64,000 bases of DNA from Histomonas meleagridis 2922-C6/04-290x (taxonomy: Eukaryota; Protista; Parabasalia). The notes beneath the pieces were generated by a model. That model searched no databases. It was not told the origin of the DNA and worked only from the letters and a program-made list of their open reading frames with translations. The DNA lies in assembly GCA_020184695.1 (NCBI GenBank), contig JAANOX010000132.1, positions 37,331 through 101,330 of the forward strand, in the 5' to 3' direction. This document shows, piece after piece, positions 35,542 to 46,428 of this stretch (positions are counted from its first letter, which is position 1; each line of letters begins with the position of its first letter). Position numbers and translations under genes: made by a program.

Positions 35542-36651
35542 CTAATTTCTATTATTTCTCAGTTTGAGATAGAGAAAAGAGAATGCAGCTGCAACTGTCA
35601 CAACTCCAGTCACCACAATCGGTAACAACGGGTTTGATGACTGTGTTTCATAGCCAATGCTTTGTAACAATTTTTCTTTCGGAAAACCAAATGCTAATAA
35701 ATGATGTGCGGCTTCTGATGGCTCTAATCGAAACCAATCATGCCATGCATTAACCCAATCTTTAATGTTAATTCTTCGCATGTTTACAAAGCGCTGCGGC
35801 GCACCGCCTTGTAATGCAAATAATTCAAGAACTTCATCACGCGATGGATTATCAGATAAACCATCGAAAAGTGATCGAACGAATTTCGTTCCATTCGAAT
35901 TAAGGACAGCAGGTGTATGAAACACGAATTGGGTTTGATTAGAAAGATAATTATGAAATTCGGTAGAATGAATAAGTTTATAGACGACATGAGTATAGCC
36001 TTCATCAATTAAATATTGCATAAGCTTAAAAAAGGATTCGAATGAGATTCGGAGAGATTTGACAGTGGATACATAAAGTGGTGTGGAACCATTAATGATT
36101 TGGAATATGGAACAATAATCTTCATCAGAAAAATCACACCCAAAAACTTTATTGTTTTGGGCAGAAAGATCTGATAGGAAGATTTTACCATCAAAATCTG
36201 TATCAAGAGAACGGAAGAACCGACGAAGATATTCTGCACATAAAGGTGACATTTTACCACGATAATGTAAGCCAAATGGAAAACAATCATTGAAAATAAT
36301 TCCATATGAAATTATTGACTGTACTATTGTTGGTGATAATTCAGAAGTATAAAAAGTATAAACGTTATCCTCGAATTGTGGTGGATGTACTTCATTGGTT
36401 ACAAAAATTAATTCTGTTGGCATATCTGATATTGCGGGAGCATTCGAGGTACCTGATACTAAAATGATCTGTAAAGTGCATTGAATATTACTATCTTCAA
36501 TGAAAAAAAGATATTCATTGTTATCGATATTTGAAGATAAAATATGAGATGAATGATTTACAAATTTACCATGATATAGTTTTTTAATTGCAGTAACAAA
36601 TTCATTTATTAAATTCTGATCATTGCTTCTTACAAGAAAGGAATGAGACAT
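35542..36651 (-). CDS. Divergent Miro/Gem1-like tail-anchored EF-hand protein
   Basis: SPLCAEYLRRFFRSLDTDFDGKI, ISFESFFKLM..LIDEG, LNSNGTKFVRSLF and INIKDWVNAW....P..A..HLLAFGF parallel the Miro EF/ELM region; C-terminal TM plus basic tail. ATG 36651 chosen. Confidence 0.6.
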   Translation of the reverse strand: MSHSFLVRSNDQNLINEFVTAIKKLYHGKFVNHSSHILSSNIDNNEYLFFIEDSNIQCTLQIILVSGTSNAPAISDMPTELIFVTNEVHPPQFEDNVYTFYTSELSPTIVQSIISYGIIFNDCFPFGLHYRGKMSPLCAEYLRRFFRSLDTDFDGKIFLSDLSAQNNKVFGCDFSDEDYCSIFQIINGSTPLYVSTVKSLRISFESFFKLMQYLIDEGYTHVVYKLIHSTEFHNYLSNQTQFVFHTPAVLNSNGTKFVRSLFDGLSDNPSRDEVLELFALQGGAPQRFVNMRRINIKDWVNAWHDWFRLEPSEAAHHLLAFGFPKEKLLQSIGYETQSSNPLLPIVVTGVVTVAAAFSFLYLKLRNNRN

Positions 36652-36970
36652 TTTTATTGACGTAAGCCGATTATAAACGTTCTCTAATTTTGAGTGACAA
36701 TTTAACATTGCAATGATTAAGGCTACAAGTATTTCAAAAAAGAATCTTATCATGTTACTATCTACATGCAAACACCAAACAATGCTTTTTGAACCTATCA
36801 AAATATATTTGGTTAAATCTAATATTTTTTGCAAAAATCAAAAATTATATTCAACTTATCCGAAAAAACAAGACCTTTATAAATTTATATGCATAACCTA
36901 AAATTGAACTTCAGGTTTACGATAAAAAACATGGTTATATTTAGAATAATATTATTTCATCATTCTAAAA

Positions 36971-37447
36971 TTAGATAAAATAACAATTGAAATCCAAGTC
37001 GAAGTCAGAATCACTTTCATCAAGCCAACTTAGATCTCCACTTTTTTCTTCATTTTCATTTTTTGGCAACGGAAACAGAAATGGATTTCGTTCTGTATTT
37101 TGATGTGTTTCATATGGAAATTCATTACATTCCAATAAGCGCTCATCAAAAGGAAAGTTCACGTTAACAGCTGATGATGTATTTGGAGTTTCAAAGATTT
37201 GTGGCACAAACTCCGAATCTATTTGATCCAACTCACTAACAATTTCCTTTGTCTGATCTTCATCCAATGGAGACGGGTCACTTCTCACACTGTTTTCTGT
37301 TTCTTTTCTGAGTTTATCAATTTTTTCTAATATTTTTAATGAATCCTCACTAAATTTTCTGTTTTTAATTGATAAAATAAATTCCATACCAGGTGGCGAA
37401 AAAATTATTTGGGAAGGATTCTTGTGAAGATAAGGGCGTCTCCCCAT
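36971..37447 (-). CDS. Hypothetical protein with acidic C-terminus
   Basis: Open frame with charged composition from MGRRPY (37447); the upstream extension in the ORF track looks non-coding. Confidence 0.5.
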   Translation of the reverse strand: MGRRPYLHKNPSQIIFSPPGMEFILSIKNRKFSEDSLKILEKIDKLRKETENSVRSDPSPLDEDQTKEIVSELDQIDSEFVPQIFETPNTSSAVNVNFPFDERLLECNEFPYETHQNTERNPFLFPLPKNENEEKSGDLSWLDESDSDFDLDFNCYFI

Positions 37448-37862
37448 ATAAAAATGAAGAGAACAAATCAAAGGCATTGGGGGTATTGTCAAAACATAAA
37501 TATGGCAAATTTTGAATTTGTCAATAAAAGTCAAAATATTTGACATTTAATAAGCTGCGCATTCTTTTTAGATACTGATTGTGATGTCTTCTTGCTGTTA
37601 CCCTTTCTAAACATTTGAAAAATTCCTTTTGTAAGAAATTTGTGATTAATAAAAATTCCAATTTATAAATGATAAAAATATTTTAAATTATTTAAAAAAA
37701 TTGTAACCAAAAGAGCCTCTGTGATGTAGCTTTTATGCTGTTCTTTGAGATATGATTACTTAAATGCATTCTTCATGTTGAAGAAAAATTCGTTAGATTT
37801 TATCCACTTTTTGATTTATTTGCGGTTTTCAATTCAAATTCTTATCGTTGTCATTTTTCCAA

Positions 37863-38720
37863 ATGCTACATGCAACTCATATGGGATCATGGTATCCTAC
37901 AGGATCCAAACTAACATCAATGTTACAAAAAGCATATGAAGACGCAACTGTGACTCAACAACCAGGTAGGTTGCGCTCTATTATTGTTCCACATGCAGGA
38001 TATGCATATTGCGTTCAAACATCAATGCATGCATTTAAAGCAATTGACCCAACGCAATTTAACCGTGTGTTTGTTCTAGGGCCATCACATCATCTTCCAA
38101 TAAGTTATTGCACAATTGCAGATGCTAATATTGCTGAATCACCATTCGGAAATATTCCAATTGACACTGAAGTTGCCAAAAATCTCACAACAAAGTATCC
38201 CAGCCTTTTCAAGAAATTAGATATTAAAACTGCAGAAATTGAACATTCTATGGAAATGGAATTCCCTCTTCTCAAATACATATTCAAAGACATCGAATTT
38301 TCTATTGTACCAATCATGGTTGGACACATTTCTTTTGATGTATGTAAATCTGTTGCCGAAGCTCTTCAAGAGTATGCAGCAGATCCTCGGACATTGTTTG
38401 TAATTTCCAGTGATTTCTGTCATTGGGGAGCAAGATTTGGATATCAACATCTTCCAGATGGCGATGGCCGAATTTACGAAAGAATCGAACAGTTGGACAG
38501 AGAGGCAACGGAAATGATTGCTACAGGTGATCCGGGGAAATTTGAGGCTTACTTGAAGAGAACAAAGAACACAATATGCGGAAGATTTGCTATCACTGTT
38601 ATGATGAACTTGTACCCAGAAATGAGGGCTGAGTTCCCACACTACTCACAGTCATCAAAAGTTATGTCAATGCGTGAATCAAGCGTATCATACATGGCTG
38701 GAATTATCAGAACTGATTAA
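37863..38720 (+). CDS. MEMO1: MEMO1 family protein
   Basis: HMGSWY, IVPHAGYAY, VFVLGPSHH, EHSMEMEFP, VISSDFCHWG.RFGY, NTICGR, SVSYMAG. Confidence 0.95.
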   Translation: MLHATHMGSWYPTGSKLTSMLQKAYEDATVTQQPGRLRSIIVPHAGYAYCVQTSMHAFKAIDPTQFNRVFVLGPSHHLPISYCTIADANIAESPFGNIPIDTEVAKNLTTKYPSLFKKLDIKTAEIEHSMEMEFPLLKYIFKDIEFSIVPIMVGHISFDVCKSVAEALQEYAADPRTLFVISSDFCHWGARFGYQHLPDGDGRIYERIEQLDREATEMIATGDPGKFEAYLKRTKNTICGRFAITVMMNLYPEMRAEFPHYSQSSKVMSMRESSVSYMAGIIRTD

Positions 38721-39230
38721 ATATCATTTGCAAATATTTTTTTACATTAAATGATCAAGTTTCATCTTTTCGTTGTTTGAAGTGAATGAATTTTTTTTTT
38801 TTTGATTTTTTTGTTTGTGTATTAAAAATCTTTTGACAGATAATTGAGCTTAAGAAGTTCATGTCTTGAAATATTTAAGTTTAGCTTATTTCTTTTCTAT
38901 TTCTTCAAAATTTTTGATTTCCTTTGAGTTGTTTTATTCATGAATATATTCAGGAACAGTAAACAAGAAAAATTGGTTTGTGTGAATGAATTTGTTCCAT
39001 TTTCAATGAACTCATAGAAAAAATTGACGTACTACATAATTCAAAATGAAAACCTTTGTTTACAGAAACAATTTACTCAGAAACATACTAAAGCAAAGCA
39101 TCATACACACAATTAAAGCTCAAAGTCAATCACTGGCTTCAGTTTTATTCATATTTAACAATCATTTTTTGCAAAATCTAAAATCAAATTAATATAATTT
39201 ATTATATTGTATAAGATAAGGAAACTTTCC

Positions 39231-41008
39231 TTATTGGAGCTGATACTTAACCAAGTCAGCATAGAAGCCTCCCTTTGCAAGAAGTTCTTTATGTGTTCCT
39301 TCTTCTAAGATATGACCATTTTGGAACACCAAAATTCTATCAGCGTTCATCACTGTTGCAAGTCTATGTGCAACCAAAATTGCTGTCTTTCCATGCCTAA
39401 ACTTTTCGATTGATTCGTGTACCAATTGTTCACTTTCTGTATCCAATGCAGCAGTTGCTTCATCCAAAAGTAAAATTGGTGCATTTGCGAGAATGGCTCT
39501 TGAAATACAAATTCTTTGTTTTTGACCACCACTTAAACTTGTTTGATGCACAACAGATTTATAACCTTTTGGAAGATCAGTAATGAAATTATGTGCATTA
39601 CCAACTTGTGCAGCCTTTACTATTTCTTCTTTTGTCGCATCAGCTTTCGAATAACGAATGTTATCCAAAATTGAAATTGAAAACAAAACAGGCGCTTGAG
39701 GCACAACAGATATATGCGATCTCAAGTTCACGCAAGATAACTCAGAGATATCTTTTCCATCAATTAATATTTGACCACTTTCGATTTCATAGAATCGTTG
39801 AATGAGTTGAAGTGTTGTTGATTTACCACAACCACTTTCACCTACAAAAGCAACAGTTTCTCCTGCGTTAATCTTAAAACTTAAATCTTTAACAGCATAA
39901 GCTGTTAACCTTCAGCAGATTCATATTTGAAACTAACATTTTTGAATTCGATTGTTCCTTTGACATTTTCAATGTTTCCTCCTTTCTTACGATCTATTTT
40001 TGGTTTCATTTCTATCAGTTGAATTATTTTTTCTGCTGAAATTGCAGTCTTATTCATATCATTTGATACAGCAATGGCTTGTGTAAGACCAAATACGCCC
40101 ATCATCATTGAGAAGAACACAATAAAAATGTCTCCGCTTCTATAACCTAAATACATTTGGTTCATTACCATATCACTTCCGAAGTAACAAATTGCAGCAA
40201 CCATTAAATTTGCAAGTAATGAGATAAGTCCATCTTTTATACCTTGTGCAATACCTGTCTTAAAGAATACTTTATCAACTTCGACGAGTTGTTTTTTATA
40301 AAGTGAAGCTTCATAAAGTTCATTATCAAATGATTTAATCGTACGGAAGCCATTAATAGCCTCTTCTGCTTTATTATTTGCTGCTGATGAACTTTCATTA
40401 TAAGTAATCCAAATTTTATCAATTATTTTATCACCAATTGCATAAATAATCATACAAACTACAATTACTGCTGCACCAATTAATGCAAGTCTCCAACATG
40501 AAACAAATGCTAAGACAACACCTGCAATCGCTTCGCCTGCCATTTGTAATGCATTAAGTAATTTCTCAACATATACATCATGAATAATTGTAATGTCTTG
40601 TGATAAACGACCTATAAGAACTCCTGTTGGCGTTCGATCAAAATAATCAATTCCTTGTTCAATAACATTTCGATATACTTTTTTTCGTAAGTCTCTTGGT
40701 AATTGTGCATTACACCAAGCTCTTAAACCAAACGAAATACTTGAAGCAACAAACATTCCAACGACGAAATATGCCATATCACAAATAATTGGAGTAAATT
40801 CATCCATGAAATTTTCACTTGCGAATACATCAACCATATCACCAAGAAGAATTGACATAAGAACTGGTAATGCGCCAACAATAAAATGTAGAATAATTGT
40901 CATTATTAGTGGTGCTTTGTGATCAAGATATTTCATTGTCTTAAAGTATTCGCCGCCTCTTTTAAGCTTTTCATCATCTTTATTAACTACAGTTCTGAAT
41001 GTACTCAT
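39231..41008 (-). CDS. ABCB-type half transporter with a frame disruption near 39905
   Basis: TMD ORF 39905-41008 and NBD (GESGCGKSTT, LSGGQKQRI, LLLDEATAALD, AHRL) in a different frame form one gene; Walker A lies in the gap between the two listed ORFs. Confidence 0.85.
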
Positions 41009-41266
41009 AAAGTGAAATGAATCACTTTACAACGGTTAAATCCAATCATTTACCCACATTCAAAAACTCGTATTTTGAATGCTTCGGTGTTTTTAGTAAC
41101 ACTACCTCAGAAATTTGAAAGGAAAGGGTGAAATGGTGAATTCAAAAATTAGGTGGTTTTTGCACAATTTTCTATAGTCAGTTGCCAGACAAAATTACAC
41201 AACCAAAAGTTTTTAATGCAGCCAGCAAATTTGAACTATAAAAGACAATCCGAATACTCAATAGAT

Positions 41267-43237
41267 ATGTCTTTGAGTGTGGAAAAGGTAACTGGTGATT
41301 ATAATAAAAGGGAAGAATTTTCCGCAAGATTAACATTATATGGAATGGTCATGAAATATCCGAAAGCTATCATAGGTGTTTTACCATCATTAGTATTTGG
41401 TGCAATACCAATTCTTTCTTTCCTTTTCTTTGGTAACATTATTAACGCACTTACAGCATTTGAATCTACACATGGGGAAGAAAGAGATTTCGACTCTGTC
41501 AGAAACAATACGATTTATTTAGTCATTATTGCAATTGTTGAAATGATTTGTAAGTTTTTAGATAGTTTTCTATGGATTAAAGTAGGCTCAGAGTTTGTTA
41601 ATGATTTAAGAGGAAATGTATTCGAAAAGATTATGATGAGTGATGTTTCATTCTTTGATATTACACCAATTGGAGAAATCTTAACATTACTTGGCGAAGA
41701 AACTCAATCAGTTCAAGATAATTTTGGTATTACGAAAGGACAACAATTTCAATTTATAGGCCAATTTTTAGTTGGTATTATTTTTTCATATATATATAGT
41801 TGGAAAATGGCACTTATAGCTACATGTGTTGTTCCATATTTTATTATTGTTATAGCTATTTGTAGTAAATATATTGATCGACATTTAAACCTTAAGTTTT
41901 ATTATACAGGTAAACAAATTACAATTGCAGATGAAACGTTATCAAACATTCGAACAGTTCGAGGATTTAATCGTGAAGATGCTGAATATGAACGATTTAT
42001 GGTAGAAACAAGAAGAACAACACATGAAGATCGATTAACATCATTATTTATCACCATAATGTTTGTTCTTGTTGATCTTGGTACATGGACGATGATTGTT
42101 GGTAACATTTATTATGGCGGAACACTTGTCGAAGATGGTGAACTTAATGCCGGAAATTTACTTTCGATTTTTGGTTATTTAATGTTTGGATGTATTGCGA
42201 TTATTAGTTTACAAATGTCAATGCAAGGTGAAGAACAAGCAATTCATGCGGGGAAAAAGATTCTTGAAATATTACGTAGTGAGCCAAGAATTCCATTTAG
42301 TGGTGGCGAAATAATTGAAAACTTTAAAGGTCATATTGAGTTTAGAAATGTATCCTTCAAATATCCGACACGTGATGTATATGTCTTAAAGAATGTATCA
42401 TTTGAAATTAAACCAGGTCAAATGGGTGCATTAGTAGGACATTCAGGTTCAGGTAAGTCGACATGTGTCCAATTGTTAGAAAGATTTTATGATGTAACTG
42501 AAGGCGTTATATTACTTGATGGAAAAGATATTAAAACACTTGACCCACGTTGGTTACATCAGAAGACAAGTTTAGTATCACAAGAGCCAATTCTCTTCCA
42601 ATTATCTGTTAAAGATAATATTAAATATGGAGTTAGAGATGCAACTGATGATATGATTAGAGAAGCTGCGGAGAAAGCAAATGCTATTAAATTCATTGAG
42701 AAATTGGAAGGAAAATTCGATTATTTCGTTGGTGAAAAAGGTGATACTGTAAGTGGCGGACAAAGACAAAGAATTGCAATTGCACGCGCTTTGATTAAGG
42801 ATCCAGTGATACTTATTACGGATGAAGCAACTTCTGCACTCGACTCTGCAAGTGAAAAGAAAGTTCAAATCGCATTGGATGAAGTTATGAAGAATAGAAC
42901 TTCGGTAATTGTCGCGCATAGATTAAGTACAATTCGAAATGCGCACGTAATTTATGTGTTCGACGCAGGCGAAATTAAAGAAATTGGAAATCACGAATCA
43001 CTCGTAAAGAAAAGAGGTCATTACTATGATTTGGTGAGAAGACAAATGACCGAAGAAGATATACAAAAGATTTTGGACGAAGATAAGAAACAACAAACAA
43101 AAGAAGAAAAACCAAAAACAAAAGCAAAAGATTCGCCTAAAAGTAAGAAAAATAAGAAAATAGAATCTTCTTCAGAAGAATCGTCATCATTTTCATCAAT
43201 AGAATCAGAAACTTCTTCAGAAGAAACTTCAAGTTAG
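41267..43237 (+). CDS. ABCB-type half transporter
   Basis: TMD plus GHSGSGKST, VSQEP, SGGQRQRIAIARA, DEATSALD, AHRLST; ATG 41267. Confidence 0.93.
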   Translation: MSLSVEKVTGDYNKREEFSARLTLYGMVMKYPKAIIGVLPSLVFGAIPILSFLFFGNIINALTAFESTHGEERDFDSVRNNTIYLVIIAIVEMICKFLDSFLWIKVGSEFVNDLRGNVFEKIMMSDVSFFDITPIGEILTLLGEETQSVQDNFGITKGQQFQFIGQFLVGIIFSYIYSWKMALIATCVVPYFIIVIAICSKYIDRHLNLKFYYTGKQITIADETLSNIRTVRGFNREDAEYERFMVETRRTTHEDRLTSLFITIMFVLVDLGTWTMIVGNIYYGGTLVEDGELNAGNLLSIFGYLMFGCIAIISLQMSMQGEEQAIHAGKKILEILRSEPRIPFSGGEIIENFKGHIEFRNVSFKYPTRDVYVLKNVSFEIKPGQMGALVGHSGSGKSTCVQLLERFYDVTEGVILLDGKDIKTLDPRWLHQKTSLVSQEPILFQLSVKDNIKYGVRDATDDMIREAAEKANAIKFIEKLEGKFDYFVGEKGDTVSGGQRQRIAIARALIKDPVILITDEATSALDSASEKKVQIALDEVMKNRTSVIVAHRLSTIRNAHVIYVFDAGEIKEIGNHESLVKKRGHYYDLVRRQMTEEDIQKILDEDKKQQTKEEKPKTKAKDSPKSKKNKKIESSSEESSSFSSIESETSSEETSS

Positions 43238-43302
43238 AAATAAATTATTAAATTTAATAAATAAAAATATTAACACTATAAATTGTTTAATTAATGAAAT
43301 AT

Positions 43303-45121
43303 TTATTTGTATTCAGTAAATAATTCCGCTATTTCCGAAAGTCCATTTCCTGACGCAATCATTTTGCTGTATGAAATTTTATGAGCGAATTCCATAATTT
43401 GTTATGAGATATTAAATCATTCAAATAAATTTTAAATAATTTAAACCAATATCTTCAATGGTAATATCAATTCCTTCTTGTTCAAGAAGTAATTTAACAA
43501 TTTCTTTATGACCATTTTGAATTGCTTTCATTAACGCAGTTTTAAATGATTTGAACAATTTCCAAATATAATTTTAAAACTCCAAAAATTTAAAACAAAT
43601 TTTAAATAAAACATTTAAACATCTTTAGCATTTATATCAATTCCTTTTTGTTCAAGAAGTAATTTAACTATTTCTATATGGCCATTTCTTGCTGCATATA
43701 AAAGCGCAGTTTGAAATAATTTTAATGATTTCCAAATATTATTTACTAATCCAAAATTAACACAATAAAAATCATTTCAAATAAATAAACACTTTTAGCA
43801 TTAATATCAATTCCTTCTTGTTTTAGAAGTAATTTTATTATTTCTATGTAACCAATCCAAGATGCATCCATAAGAGGTGTTTCAAATGATTAAAATAATT
43901 TCCAAATATTAAATAAAAACAACAAATGAACAAAATAAATACCAAACACATTAAATAAATACCTTTAGCATTTATATCAAATCCTTTTTGTTCCAGAATA
44001 TACTTTACAAGTTCAATATTTCCTGATAATACTGAGTTACCTAAAATATTTTTTGGAACTTGATTTTCTTTTAGAAAATGTTTTACAAGAAAAATATTTC
44101 CAATAGATGCTGATGAATTTATAATATCATCAGTAATTTTCATTCCTTCCCCAAGTAAAAAGGAAAAAATTTCATAGTTATGACTTAAAACACATTTTTT
44201 ACCTAATTCTTCTAAATAGTTTAACTCAATGATTTTATTTTCAAAAAGATATTTAAAGATATCATTTTGATGATATTCAATTGCTGTTTCATATGCATCG
44301 TCAAATGATGAATGATATTGTTCACATAAATGAATAATTTCTTCATTTCCACCTGCGACTGCATATTTTCCTGTATTTATTACTTTAGAACCATTCATAA
44401 GTAAATATTTAAAACATTTGACTGATGAAAAAAATGCTGCATAATCAATTAAAGTAATATAGTAGTTATTAATAAAAGAACATTTTTCATAAAGTGATGG
44501 TTTAATTTTTTGATTAAAGTCAAAATTTGTTTCAGATGATATTTCTTGAAGTTTTTCGATTTCATCATTTCTAATTACTATTGTTATTGCATCTTGATTA
44601 ATTCCTTCTTCAATATATTTTTTATGAAGCTTAAAATCATCTTTTTTAAGAATATTTATATCTTTAGCACAATATGGTGGATATTTCTGAAAACGAATAT
44701 TTTTGATTTCTTCATTAGAAAAGTGATGAGCAAAATATATATCTTTTTTGTTTTTTATGATATTTGGTTCAATAAAATTTTGGTTTATCATATGTTCAAG
44801 AAGATAACGTGATTCTTGTATATAGCAATTAAGAAGATACTGAGAAAAAACATCAAAAACTTTATAATTGTATTTGTTGGATTCTTCCAATTCTTGTATA
44901 TTTCTCAAAAATTCTAATATAATATTAACATCACTCATTTTTATAACAAACATAGAATATGTTATTTGGCTAATAATTAAGTTAAATGAATATTGATGAA
45001 TATCATCAAATATGCTAAATATTGAAATTGCTGATTGATAAATATTTTCATTATTTAAACCAAAAACAATTTGTTTCGTCAATAGTAGGACTTCCCATTC
45101 GTTTATTTTTGGTTTATTCAT
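43303..45121 (-). CDS. DUF3447-like + ankyrin-repeat protein, 16 inserts (ankyrin gene 4)
   Basis: Restored hairpins KGGVGETPL, KSDWGQTAL, KDKGGKTAL, EDKNGHTAK; last repeat needs one extra A near 43363. Confidence 0.75.
43374..43960 (-). other. Array of 17-nt inserts (gene 4)
   Basis: Four hairpins, each exactly 57 nt from D to G and 17 nt after G. Confidence 0.88.
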
Positions 45122-45199
45122 TTTTTCTTTTTCTCAGACCCATTAAAAAACCGCAAAATGTTCAGAAAAAGTTGTTTTACCAAAAATTTATTTATCACT

Positions 45200-45982
45200 T
45201 CACATGAAGTCATCATCGAATCCCTCATCAAAGTCATTATTCTTTGAAGTTTTCATGAATGTCTTTTGTCCTGCGTTTGCATTTGCGTTTGTATTTGTTG
45301 GTGCTTTCTTGACTTTGATACCCATTCCTTTCTTCTTTTCGATGAGTTGCTTATTGTAAAGATTGATGATATACTTGTAGAGGTCGTTGATTTGATTTCC
45401 TTTGTAGTCATCAGTTAGATAAGTGATCAAAAATTGTATTAACTTGATTTTGTTGTCGATTTGCGTTTGCTTCTTTTTCTTATCTTTTTCTTCTGGGAAG
45501 AATTTGTTGATCATATCAAGAACATTTTTTCCGTATGAGTCGAATTCGCCCACAGTCTTTGGAACAAAGGTCGCAATGTTTATGTTTGAGCTATCAGTTG
45601 TATCAGTAATCGTACCAAACGCATCAAGCGCATTTTGGAAGTCCATCCTTTGGGTATTTTCATTGATTGTTTCAATATCAACATCAAATAAACCATCAAC
45701 ATCATCACCTTCTTCGATCATCTTTTGTTGTTGTTTCCTCCTTTCGCGTTCAAGCTTTTTTTCAAGTTTTCTTTGTTTCTCAGCTTCAATTACTGCTTCT
45801 TTTTCTTTTTGTATGCGCTCGGCTTCCTCTTTTTTACGTTTTTCAACTTCATCAGGATCTTCTGCATCTTCCCAATTTTCTACAACTGGATCTTCATCTC
45901 CCCAGTCAGCAATGCCATCATCGTCTGCGGCTGTTTCTTGTTCATCGCCTACATCAATGTCGTCAACGTCAATATCCCACAT
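45200..45982 (-). CDS. EIF3J: Translation initiation factor eIF3 subunit J (Hcr1-like)
   Basis: Acidic N-terminus with DW/NWED motifs, charged coil, DFQNALDAFG, C-terminal FDDDFM; ATG 45982. Confidence 0.75.
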   Translation of the reverse strand: MWDIDVDDIDVGDEQETAADDDGIADWGDEDPVVENWEDAEDPDEVEKRKKEEAERIQKEKEAVIEAEKQRKLEKKLERERRKQQQKMIEEGDDVDGLFDVDIETINENTQRMDFQNALDAFGTITDTTDSSNINIATFVPKTVGEFDSYGKNVLDMINKFFPEEKDKKKKQTQIDNKIKLIQFLITYLTDDYKGNQINDLYKYIINLYNKQLIEKKKGMGIKVKKAPTNTNANANAGQKTFMKTSKNNDFDEGFDDDFM

Positions 45983-46428
45983 CTTAAGTAAGTTAAGTGT
46001 GGCCGATTTTGATTGACGATACAAACGGTTTGAGAAAATTGTCGTTCATTGATTTCATGTAGCGACATTCTTCTACTGGAAAATAGTTTTGCGCTAAATC
46101 AAACATATTATTCAAATAACAAATTTAATTTATTGATAATATGTGTCCTCGGTTTATTAATAATGATATTATTATAGTAATTATTCATAAAAATTAGTTT
46201 TCTTAAATGTTTTTTGGAAGTAATATTTTAACAAAGTTTCTCTATTTATTTATTCAATAGCATGTTAAATCCAAATATTTTTCATTCATTAAAATATATT
46301 TTGCACTGCATTTAGCTTAAATAAATATTTTGGATTTAAAAAACGAAAATTATTTGAAAACATATGAAAAAATGAGAAAAATAAAACAATTTTTTTTATT
46401 CAAACCAAGAATTATACAAAAAGATAAT

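Noticed and set aside
45423-46016. Long antisense ORFs (197, 106, 88 aa) over eIF3j, and similar short overlapping ORFs elsewhere
   Set aside because: Shadow frames of charged low-complexity coding sequence; no independent features.
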